A stretch of DNA of 64,000 bases from Octopus bimaculoides (Eukaryota): positions 101,229,149 through 101,293,148 of the forward strand of contig NC_068987.1 in assembly GCF_001194135.2 (NCBI RefSeq). The letters are read 5' to 3'. The position numbers were made by a program, and so were the translations under genes. Below are positions 53,199-64,000 of the stretch, piece by piece. The stretch's first letter is position 1; each line of letters starts with the position of its first letter. The notes under the pieces were generated by a model, which saw only the letters and a program-made list of their open reading frames with translations, was not told where the DNA came from and did no database searches.

Positions 53199-55014
53199 NN
53201 NNNNNNNNCAAAATACACAGATGGATGTACACAGACTACATACATATACAGACATATACATGTAAGACGTAAATATACACACAAATATACATATAGACAT
53301 GTATACATACGTACGCAATCATGCTCGCATGCAAAAATCCTTGGTGTATACATATAGAAGTTATAACAGACGAGCTAGATGAGGAGTAAATTTTAAAACG
53401 TGGGGAGGGGGAAAGAAAAAAGAAAAGGAAGAATCTTAGATATATCAGTTAGCGAGGGTAAGAGGTAAGAGGAGGAGAGAGGAGCGCAAAGTTAAAGAAC
53501 TGTATACAGGTAACGAATAGGGAGAGAAATGATACTTTCCGTAGACATTTCTCTAGACATTTTCAATCTGACCATAAGTTTTATAGAATATTTTTTAGAA
53601 GAACGCTTAAGATCAGCTATTCTTGCTGCAAAAGATCCGAGATCCTATCTTTCTAAAGCCTGGTTGTGTGAGACCCTTAATCCGTTTCCCAGTTTAACAG
53701 TACCGCTTGATAATTTGGGGTTCTTTAACAGAATCCTGTTTGTTACAAGCAATTGGGCCCGTCCTCCCACTTTACCAAATCTTGAATTTAATAAAATTCA
53801 TATTTTAATCCATCCATTTAATTGTTTAATCTTCCCTTCATACATCGCAGGCACTGCAAAAGGTAAAGATCTCTGCCGTCCACCCGATTATATGATAAAA
53901 TAAAACAATTTGTCACTGCTATCTACAAATATAAATTCCTTAAAGACGTTACTGATACTCTAATAAATGGTGACTGATTGTGGAAAAATATAGGTGCATT
54001 TAAGAAAACCATTTACATGAACGGCGGCAATTTTTGCACGCAGATTTAAAGTCCTAAATTTCAGAGAAAATGAAGTGAGATTTTCTATATGGCTCTCTTT
54101 ATTACGTTGTCACTCTTGGGAATAATGATATAAAGAATGATAAATGACTGCAAATAATGATAGAATTTGTGTTACTAAGAAATTTGCAGACGTCTACCGT
54201 ACAATGTAATTACTGCAGTATAACACTTTTGTGAACATCAAGGACTTTAACATAAATATTTATTGTCAAAATAGAATACAGCCCTTTTACTGTGTGAAAA
54301 TCCTATTGTTCTTTAATTCTTATTGTATTGAAGAAAAGCAGTCTCTTTACGACACATGATGATTAACATCTTCGAAATCAAATTCAATAAAAAAAAATAT
54401 CTTGCTGAAATGATAACTATAGAACAGTATTGAGAAAGTAGCGAGATATTTGTCTAGATATATTATTTGTACATTTAGATGTCTTGTTTCATGTCAGTAA
54501 TGCCACGATTTAATAGATATTAATGTTGTGTACAAATGATATATGTGGGATGTCGCGGTTAAATATAAAAAGAGACGGGGTGAGCACGATACAATAGAAG
54601 ACAAAAGAATAGTCTGAGATAAGCAATTATCAATATAAATCATTTCTAGGTTGAATGTAAGGCCAGAGACTGTAGACAGGTAAAAGTCAGTTGTCTGTTG
54701 AATTGCTGGAATCAAATAATCTAGATAAAACATTCTGGTTACAAAATTTTCTGTATGAATTGTATCTTTAGGCACAATTTATAGATGCCAATCGATTATT
54801 TGAGAGGAGATGTTGACTAGATAGGAACTTGTGTTCCATATACAATCTATATAGCGACAAATTTATAGTATGTAAATTTTGTCAGATAATTGCAGCATGT
54901 GAATTTTGACTGTATACATGCAGCTTTATATTATGCAGAATATTATTACATAGTCATATGTTTTGTGTATAGAAGTAGCTGTATAGTGGGCAGACCTTGA
55001 CAGGATAGCCAGTG

Positions 55015-55918
55015 TATGAGGTCTGACCAATACGTATCCGGACTGTTGCCACAGTAACGAAGCAAAAGTACGCTGAGTGAAGCTGCTTGGCAAAGATTGC
55101 CCGAGAACTCTACTGTGCATGTTTACTAAGTTTTAACGTTCTACCTCACTTCCGATGTTTACTGTAGTGCTTGGAAGGAACGGTGTAGTGTGTGATAGTC
55201 GCATTGACCATGACAGAGAAAGTTGTCGTGGCGATAACTGCTCAGAAGCCTGCGCAAAGTTGCAGATAGTGTATGGAGAAAAGTGTATGAGCCACACACA
55301 AGTGTACGAGTGGTTCACACGTTTCCAAAATGTCGATATAGACGAATGGTCTGGGAGACCCACAACCAGCAGAACTGAGAAAAACAGCGCAGATGTGTGT
55401 ACAGGATTGAGGGGAAATCGTCGGATCACCATCAGTGGGTTATCAGAGCTTGTGCAGGTTAATTACGGTTCAGTTCAGTCCATTATCACTGAAGATTTGG
55501 TTTTTACTCGCTAGTCTACCAAGTTTGTGCCATAGTGCTTTCAGCTGACTAAAGCGACACCCGGGTTTCAGTTACACAAAATCTCCTTGATTGTGTCGAG
55601 AATGATAAAAAGAACTTTCTGAGAGACGAAAACTTTTTGAGAGATGAAAACTTTTTGAGCAGGTATCGCCAAGCTTTTGGCAAAATTTGATGCAGATATC
55701 TCTGCTCAACTTTCTTTATCATGGTCAGTGCGACAATCACACGCAATATATCTTCCTTCCAAGCACTACTGTAAACAGCGGAATTGTGCTAGAAGGTTAA
55801 AACTTAATGCGCCTGCACAGCAGAGTTCAAGGTCAATCTGTACAAAGTGGTGTTACTCTGTGTACTTTAGCTTCGTTACTATGGTAACAATGCGGATACT
55901 TATAGATCAGACCACGTA
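55015..55918 (+). mobile_element. Non-autonomous mariner derivative with long inverted arms and TA TSD
   Basis: TA-TGAGGTCTGACCAATACGTATCCGGAC ... GCGGATACTTATAGATCAGACCACG-TA; HTH remnant LQIVYGEKCMSHTQVYEWFTRF...SGRPTTSRT...RRITISGLSELVQVNYGSVQSIITEDL; no catalytic domain. Confidence 0.92.
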
Positions 55919-58098
55919 GCGAGATCCTGACTTCATAGAGACTGAAATATAGTATATATATGTTGGTAACCTAGATATTTATATATATATATATNNNNNN
56001 NNNNNNNNNNNNNNNNNNNNNNNNNNNNNNNNNNNNNNNNNNNNNNNNNNNNNNNNNNNNNNNNNNNNNNNNNNNNNNNNNNNNNNNNNNNNNNNNNNNN
56101 NNNNNNNNNNNNNNNNNNNNNNNNNNNNTGCAGTACAAGGTCAGAGCTGAATAAGGATAGATATGACCCAACACTTTCTAATTTGTTCTTCTAAAAGAAC
56201 AATTTAGTGGGACTATATTAATGAATGCGTCAATCATTTTAAAGAAAATAGTAGTGAGATACTTAAAATAACTTGACCCTTATTGCTAGCAGAACAACAT
56301 AAAAATGCCGCTGCACATTGACAGACAACATTTATAGGCTTGGAAAAGACTCTACGTCGTCTTGAATTGCGATTGTTTAAAAAAGAAGTTCTAGAAAGCC
56401 ATAAAAAGACATAAAACAAGCAAAATTCTAAAGTATTTCCTATAAGAAGCAGAATTCTTTCGTTCTAATAGAAAAAAAAACTGTTTTGAATTGGGATTGC
56501 TATAGGATTATAGTAATTTAGGAATATGGGTAGCAGTGCTTAAGGTTCTGCCTTTCATCTCAAACTTTCACCTAATGACGGTAGCTGAGAAATTAAGAGA
56601 ATGACTGTGTGAGTTTTCATGAAGCAGATGTTTGTTATGTGATGCAGTCTCAAAGAAAACGCAGGTACTGAGGGGAGTGCATTTGGCCATTGGTGGTTAT
56701 AATGGTTCTATCATATACAAACAGAAACTTTCAATCGCTCTACTGGTGGTTCGACAGTATCACAAGCATTTAAAACCTCTGTTGATGCAGCGAACACGCA
56801 AGATCTTAAGACAATCTCTCTCCAAATCCAAACCCTATATTAACAGGTCTAAAAAATATTTAGCGTTCTCTTAAAAAAACTGTTTCTATTAAAAATAAAA
56901 TTAACAACCTCCATCGAATAGATAAATTCGAGCAACGATATTTCTTTCGTATATCTGAATTTCAACAAATACAACCTGTCGGAATTTAAAAGTAGACCAT
57001 CGAGCACTTAGAAAACTATTAACATCTGGTTTATGTTTGCTTGATATCGAATTATCGTAGCATTGGTTATCTCCCTTTGTTTGGGGGGTTGGGGGGGGTG
57101 TTGTCTTGTTTACAAGCGTCTCTTGTTTAAACGTTATCTGCTCAAAAGGCAACTGGAAAACAGCGTTGTTTTCAGTTTGATAAATAGCGGTATAAATAAT
57201 TAATTCGACCAGGAAACTTTGGGTTGGTGTATTTACAAGATTTATGTCTTTATATTTTAAGAGTATATTTGTATTTATGTATCTACGTATGTGAGTATAT
57301 TGTGATACATGCATGCATAAATACTCTGCTTGTGAGTATTAGCGTGTCTCTGGTCTCTGTGTTTGTGTCTGCCGAAACACGTGTTTAGCAAAAGGAATAA
57401 TTCTACAATGTTTTGCAATAGAGTTGTAAAACAAGATATTTAATCATTGTTTGTAATAATACTAATTTGAAAAATTATTGAGTGTCGTTAAAAACATTTT
57501 AAAAAAACTTTTATTTGCATTGTGCTTATATTTCGTTTTATATTTTGCGAAAAATATCCATTCTCATTCTGCAGGCTGATAAGATATGAAGGCAATGTAT
57601 TATATAAATATTGCAATGAAACATAAGTCTGAGTGAGCCGACACTCAAAAAGAACCCTGTTTAATATGCATAACAGAAACCAACATTATGTTGTACGCAT
57701 ACGTGCTAATGTTATATATTTAGTGAAAAATGTTTTAATAGTTTTGAATACGAACAGATTTTTGCACCATGAGTTACGAACTTGTCGGTGAGACAGTTAT
57801 GAGATTTTCACTCTAATATTGGTTCTTCATCGTTGATGTGGAGATATGGTTGGTACATACTTTAAACAGTTCAATTCAGGTGTTCTTAGGAGTATAATTT
57901 CAGAGATTTAATATACATAAAATCCACTTTAATAGTATTTTTGTACAGATGTGTATGAGTATGTATGTCAGTTTGTATATTTATTAAATTAATATATTTC
58001 GTAACAGCGGGTTTCTAATGTGTCCATTCTAAGTTCTACATAAAATCATATATGCAACAAGTTGTATCTCAAAACAAGTCTTGAGAATAACATCTCTC

Positions 58099-58146
<48 letters not shown>

Positions 58147-58216
58147 TCTTTCTTTCTCTCTCCACATTTTCACTCACTCTCTTACCCACTCATTCACTTG
58201 CTCTGCTTCACGTATG

Positions 58217-59400
58217 TATTTAGGCGGGACAAATATTCGTACCGTTTTTCAATTAATGGCGTTTAAACACGGGATTTCGTGTCTCACGTAACAAAAGCAA
58301 ATGATATGTACATATATTTTCCGAAAGGTGACACTTTCTATATGATTAGTGTGTGGACAGTTTATTTCTACTATTTTTACATTAAAAAGGAAAATTGAGT
58401 AAAATGAGAAACATTCTCGTCATTTGATATTCTTTATTTTCTAGAAATAAAAAAAAATATCAAAATACAAACAGTAATAATGTGCAGTTTATAGAGATAA
58501 TGCCATAGCTTAGGCAACTGTTCTTAAGTAGTTCGCAAGGTTTAGAAGTAAAAAATAATCTGGAAGACCGTGATGTGACCAAATCTAAACTTAATCTGGA
58601 GACCGTGATCGGACCAAATCGAAACGCTTATCAAAAAGAATCCCGGTCACACGACACGAGACCTGGCAGAGACACTCTACATACCTCATACGAGTATTCT
58701 AAGGCATTTAAAAACACTTTGGCTACGTGGAACGCTTAATATTGGATCATACTTTCATATGCGATTCTCTGCTCAAGCACGACAATAATTATATTTTTTT
58801 GAAAAGTTTGATCACAGATGATGAAAATGAGATCGTTTACAACAATGTGGAGCAGAGTAGGTTCAGAAGAACAAGAAATGAACCGCATTTAATCACCCCA
58901 TAAGCTTATATGTATCCGGAATTGGTGATGCTCTGTATCAAATGAAATTGGAAGCGCTTTGTTTATTTATTCTGAGGCCCTTTCACAAAATCATACATTT
59001 AGGTGAGTGTATTATAGTTCCCATTTAGACTGACTGAAGAAGGCAATCAATGGGAAGCGTCCTGAATTATCCAATCGTAAGGGTATCTTCCTTCACAACA
59101 ACGCTAGACCTCGTATTTCCTTGCAGACTTTGCAGAAAATGGTACAGCTTGGATGGGATATCCAGCCACTTGTACTGCACCCACCTGACCGTGCACATTT
59201 TGGATCACCGTTTATTTCGACCCTTACAAAATTCTCTTTAATTGAATTATAACTTCATTTCTTTCGATCCCAACAGATTTCTCTTCATGTGAATGACAAC
59301 ATTATTTCTTCCGAAAATTGTACAAGAGCACATAGAGCAATTCATGACACAGAAAGATAGCAAGTTCTGGGAGGACGGAATCGTGATCCAAATATCAAAG
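58217..59400 (+). mobile_element. Decayed near-full-length mariner (DD34D) transposon
   Basis: Motifs in order: N-terminal HTH pieces, CDSLLK...LITDDENEIVYNNVE (ITGDEKW), HNNARP (HDNARPH), DHRLFRPLQNSL and QKDSKFWEDGI; many stops and frameshifts; the right TIR is not identifiable. Confidence 0.9.
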
Positions 59401-60137
59401 AAATTTGTACTCCACTGTGAACATAAATATACAAAAAAAAAAATTAAGATAAAATATACTGTTTCCGAGATATTTCGGGTACAGGCAAACATCCCTAGAG
59501 CGTAAGTATTATCGATATATATATATATATATATATATTTAGTGTATNNNNNNNNNNNNNNNNNNNNNNNNNNNNNNNNNNNNNNNNNNNNNNNNNNNNN
59601 NNNNNNNNNNNNNNNNNNNNNNNNNNNNNNNNNNNNNNNNNNNNNNNNNNNNNNNNNNNNNNNNNNNNNNNNNNNNNNNNNNNNNNNNNNNNNNNNNNNN
59701 NNNNNNNNNNNNNNNNNNNNNNNNNNNNNNNNNNNNNNNNNNNNNNNNNNNNNNNNNNNNNNNNNNNNNNNNNNNNNNNNNNNNNNNNNNNNNNNNNNNN
59801 NNNNNNNNNNNNNNNNNNNNNNNNNNNNNNNNNNNNNNNNNNNNNNNNNNNNNNNNNNNNNNNNNNNNNNNNNNNNNNNNNNNNNNNNNNNNNNNNNNNN
59901 NNNNNNNNNNNNNNNNNNNNNNNNNNNNNNNNNNNNNNNNNNNNNNNNNNNNNNNNNNNNNNNNNNNNNNNNNNNNNNNNNNNNNNNNNNNNNNNNNNNN
60001 NNNNNNNNNNNNNNNNNNNNNNNNNNNNNNNNNNNNNNNNNNNNNNNNNNNNNNNNNNNNNNNNNNNNNNNNNNNNNNNNNNNNNNNNNNNNNNNNNNNN
60101 NNNNNNNNATATATATATATGGGAGAATATACAAATA

Positions 60138-60238
60138 ATAACAACAGACGAGGACAGGTGGTGTAAATAACAAAAGTATATATTAGTATGACGCTCGGGA
60201 ATACGGAAAGTCTTTGACGTTTCGAGCTACGCTCTTCA
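60138..60238. mobile_element. Short octopus interspersed repeat fragment, unclassified
   Basis: ACAACAGACGAGGACAGGTGGTGTAAATAACAA...GACGTTTCGAGCTACGCTCTTCA, recognised from recall only. Confidence 0.4.
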
Positions 60239-60854
60239 TATATATATATATATGTATGTATGTATGTGTGTGTGTATGTAGTATGTATATATATATTATA
60301 CAGTTATGTATTTTATAGAATTATATATATGTGTTTGTGTGTGCATGTATGTGTGTGTGTGTGTGTGTGCGTGTGTGTGTGTGTGTGTGCGTGTGTGTGT
60401 GTGCGCGTGTGTGTGTATGTATATATGTACATATATATATATATATTATACAATTTGAAGCACTTTGCTTTTTACTACATCAAATTAGATTTTTTAGTCT
60501 GATATGTCTGTTAAATGTTCATTAAAAATTGTGATTAATGTTCATTAATTTTTCATTTACAACTTTTGAACAATGGATTCCGACAAATTTTCATCTTTGT
60601 TAGCCTGTTATTTTTTCGCTTTTTATTATTATTATTGTTTTTCTTCCTCTATTAGAGATTTAGTTCTCATTGTTGCTGCTATTATTGTTCTTCTTGCCTT
60701 CTTTTTCCCCTACATCACTTTCTACTTGTTCGTGTTTTATTCATAGTAATATTACTTCTTTAAAAAAACGTTTCATCTATACATTTTTTATCAAAATAAT
60801 GTCATAATGCTTAATGATTATAATTATGAAGATAACAATAACGACAAACAAAAT

Positions 60855-60929
60855 TTCTTCTTCTTCTTCTTCTTCTTCTTCTTCTTCTTCTTCTTCTTCT
60901 TCTTCTTCTTCTTCTTCTTCTTCTTTTTA

Positions 60930-61012
<83 letters not shown>
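60855..61012. repeat. (TCT)n followed by (TAT)n microsatellite
   Basis: Directly visible. Confidence 0.97.
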
Positions 61013-61014
<2 letters not shown>

Positions 61015-61222
61015 GGCCATGAGCTGGCCGAATCGTTAGTACACCGGGATAAATGCTTCGCGTCATTTCGCCCGCCTTTACGTTCTGAGTCCAAACTCCA
61101 CCGAGGTCGACTTTGACCTTTCGTGGTAGATAAATTAATTACCAGTCAAGTATTGAGGCCGATTAAATCGACTTACCCCCTCCCCAGAAAGTTCAGGCCT
61201 TACGCCTATAATAGAAAGCATT
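61013..61222 (+). mobile_element. Full-length octopus-type SINE inserted in (TAT)n
   Basis: AAGGCCATGAGCTGGCCGAATCGTTAG...GAGGTCGACTTTG...CAGGCCTTACGCCTATAATAGAAAG, flanked by TTA repeats. Confidence 0.9.
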
Positions 61223-61404
61223 ATTGTTATTATTAAACAGGGCGGTTACAAAAGGTTTTTTTTTCTACCTTTTCGGACAAAACCTTTTGTAACCTTCGTC
61301 CTATCTTTGTCTTTACATGTTTTTAATTGATATTAGCCCTAGTGGCCAATAAAACGAATTAATTAATTATTATTATTATTATTATTATTATTATCATCAT
61401 CATT

Positions 61405-61565
61405 AATATTTATTTCTTTGCACAGCTTCTAACGCTGGAGATGTACTACGGAGCCAGCTGTTCCCTACCAGTGAACTTAGGTAACACACCTTATTTTTCG
61501 AGCACCATCCGGAGCGTTTTGTCCGGAGTACTAACGCTTCTTCCAGCTTGCCATCTTCCCCGAGT
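61405..61565 (-). mobile_element. Probable 3' end of a retroposon with (TAA)n tail
   Basis: Minus strand ends ...AGTACATCTCCAGCGTTAGAAGCTGTGCAAAGAAATAAAT followed by (TAA)n; family recognised only loosely. Confidence 0.4.
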
Positions 61566-62413
61566 TCATAAATTACTGAAGTCAACATTTGGGAATCTAT
61601 AAATTGAAGTACCAGTCAAGTACTGGAATCGATGTAATGGACTAACCCGTCCCTCACCCCCAGAATTTTCCTTCCTTATGTAAAAAAGAATTATTCTTAT
61701 TCTATCACCATCACTATCGTTTTCTTCTTTGTCATTATGATTATCGCCAACTTCATCATCACCATCATTGTCGTCGTCGTCATCGTTGTCATCGTCATCA
61801 ACAAATTACGATGTTTAGGTTACTGAGTGCATTATTTGTTCAGCGACTTTATTTATCATAAATATTATATTGTCATTGCACATTGTTCATTGTTCTAGAT
61901 GCCTGTGATTTTTCTTGTTTTCGTTGTTGTTCATCTTCGTTTTGTTGCTGCTGCTACTACTGCTACTACTGTTATTGTGGCTGTCGTTTTTTTTTTTTGT
62001 GGTTACAATTATGGCTAATATTCTGCCATTGTTCATTCAGTTATGTTAGTTACTTCTCTTGTTGCTGCTCATGTGGGTGCTGTGATTACAAGCGTTGATG
62101 TCATTGAAGTTGCCGAGGCCTGTGTTTTTAGCTTGTCCATTTGTTTCTTTTCTAGTTGTTATTCTTTTGCTTGGTACTGTTGTGACAGCTGTTATAGTTG
62201 TTGTTGTTGTTGTTGTCGTCATCGGTGTAGCTGTTGTTAGGCTGGTTATCATTTATATGATGGCTATGATTTTGTAATAGGTACAGTGATTTGGGGGACT
62301 TAACTATTGCGTTTCACTTCAAGCCCCAAATCAGCTCTAACCAAGCAGACCTATAATTAAAGGCCTTCCATTCGCAGTATTCACTCCTTGTTTATAATAA
62401 TAATTAACAAAAG

Positions 62414-62880
62414 CTGGCGAGCTGGCAGAATCGTTAGCACGCCGGGCGAAATGCTTAGCGGTATTTCGTCTACCGTTACGTTCTGAGTTCGAATTCCGCC
62501 GAAGTCAACTTTGCCTTTCTTCTTTTCGAGGTGGATAAATTAAGTACCAGTTACGCACTAAGGTCGACGTAATCGACTTAGTCCCTTTGTCTGTCTTTGT
62601 TTATCTNNNNNNNNNNNNNNNNNNNNNNNNNNNNNNNNNNNNNNNNNNNNNNNNNNNNNNNNNNNNNNNNNNNNNNNNNNNNNNNNNNNNNNNNNNNNNN
62701 NNNNNNNNNNNNNNNNNNNNNNNNNNNNNNNNNNNNNAAGTCAACTTTGCCTTTCTTCTTTTCGAGGTGGATAAATTAAGTACCAGTTACGCACTAAGGT
62801 CGACGTAATCGACTTAGTCCCTTTGTCTGTCTTTGTTTATCTCCTCTATGTTTAGCCCCTTGTTGGCAATAAAGAAATAA
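62414..62880 (+). mobile_element. Young long-tailed octopus-type SINE split by a gap, with its body duplicated across the gap
   Basis: Near-consensus head at 62414; 62502-62606 repeated from 62739; tail ...TTTAGCCCCTTGTTGGCAATAAAGAAATAA. Confidence 0.9.
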
Positions 62881-63075
62881 GAAACGTTAGCACGCCGGGC
62901 GAAATGTTTAGCGGTATTTCGTCTGTCTTCAGGTATTGAGTTCAAATGCCGCTGAGGTCGACTTTGCCTTTCATCATTTCCAAGTCGATAAATTAAATAC
63001 CATTAGAGGAGACTAATGAAGTCGATTATTCTCCTCCCCGAAAATTTCAGGTCCCGTGCATTTAGTAGAAAGGAT
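62881..63075 (+). mobile_element. Octopus-type SINE lacking the first about 15 bp, directly abutting the previous copy
   Basis: GAAACGTTAGCACGCCGGGCGAAATG...GAGGTCGACTTTGCC...TTTAGTAGAAAGGA. Confidence 0.88.
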
Positions 63076-63306
63076 ATATATGTTTTTATTTTTTTTATGA
63101 GGTGTAATGCACCTGAGTACTGATATCCAACAATTTCTTTCATGCTTCATAACTATTATTAACATAACGTTGTGATTGTTGTTTCAAACATCAAGACAGT
63201 AACGTGTAATTTCAGACAGATGTAGCTGCTACGTTTGCAGGTCAGCTGACTGCGTAGGTGTTTTTGCTCTGATGGCTGTACTTTGGCATTCATTAGTTGT
63301 TTACTC

Positions 63307-63496
63307 CAGTGTTCCGCAGCATTTTTTCACTTGCAGTACAATCATATTCTTTTCAAAATATGGCGGCACACCTGAACTAAAGTATATAACTAAAAGTATA
63401 GGAAAAAAAAACATTATATGTAGGTTATACTGCGGCACACCTAGTATCGTCTCGTGAGACACCAGTGTGCCGCAGCATACCGGTTGCGGACCACTG
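63307..63496. mobile_element. 190-bp hAT-type MITE
   Basis: TIRs CAGTGTTCCGCA / TTGCGGACCACTG; 8-bp TSD GTTTACTC (63299-63306) / GTTTAGTC (63497-63504); subterminal CGGCACAC motifs. Confidence 0.85.
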
Positions 63497-64000
63497 GTTT
63501 AGTCCCTATTCAGTTCTGATCAAGTTACCCTGTGAACATGGCATTCCAGCATTTATCTTCCTGGGTTTTTTTTTTTTAAATTTTTTTTTTACGTATATCT
63601 TATAACTTTATTGTTCTAAGCCTGTACATAGCGAATTGAGAACATTTAGGTGACATTACTAGCAAGAGAAATGACCGCGGAGAGGTCGTGCCTCTTGGCT
63701 CGAGTGATGATAGTGATGGAGGTATTAGGGGGATGGCGGCGACGGTGGCGACAGTGCGGTAATGGTGGCGCTGACAGTGGTGGTGGTGGTGATGGTGATG
63801 GTGGTGGTGGTAGAGGTGGGGGTTAGTGAAAGTAGTGAGGCTGAATGAAACGGTAGTGAGGGAAATGATTATTGTTGTTTGTGTTAATGTTGTCTGTTCG
63901 TGTTACTATGGTGCATGTTGTTGTTAATTGTACTGTTACTGTCATATTTACCTCTGTTGTTGTAGTAGTAGTAGTTGTTGTGGTGGTGATAGTGTATCTA

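Noticed and set aside
62502-62841. Tandem SINE duplication across the 62607-62738 gap
   Set aside because: Identical sequence on both sides of an N run indicates unmerged contig overlap.

Overview
Eukaryotic, AT-rich draft-assembly window with 16 N-gaps, most flanked by microsatellites. The abundant SINE (GGCGAGCTGGCAGAATCGTTAGCACGCCGGGCGAAATG...GTTCTGAGTTCAAAT...GGTCGACTTTGCC), a second tRNA-headed SINE and the extreme (AT)n/(CA)n/(GA)n density match my recollection of octopus genomes, so this is probably Octopus sp. (inference, no search run). There is no prokaryotic-style gene content and no CRISPR array, and nearly every ORF in the track is a gap or microsatellite artefact. What can be supported is a layered transposon graveyard: about 20 SINE copies, decayed Tx1/L1-, CR1-like-, RTE-, R4/Dong- and Penelope-type retroelements, one decayed near-full-length mariner, two mariner derivatives with long inverted arms, and two MITEs with 8-bp target duplications. 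A few small candidate exons on the minus strand may belong to a secreted-protein gene. The most striking structures are a 392-bp near-perfect palindrome (44669-45060), several other foldbacks, and the mariner derivatives built from two 5' ends. I found no clear-cut novel biological system; the leads below are ranked hypotheses.
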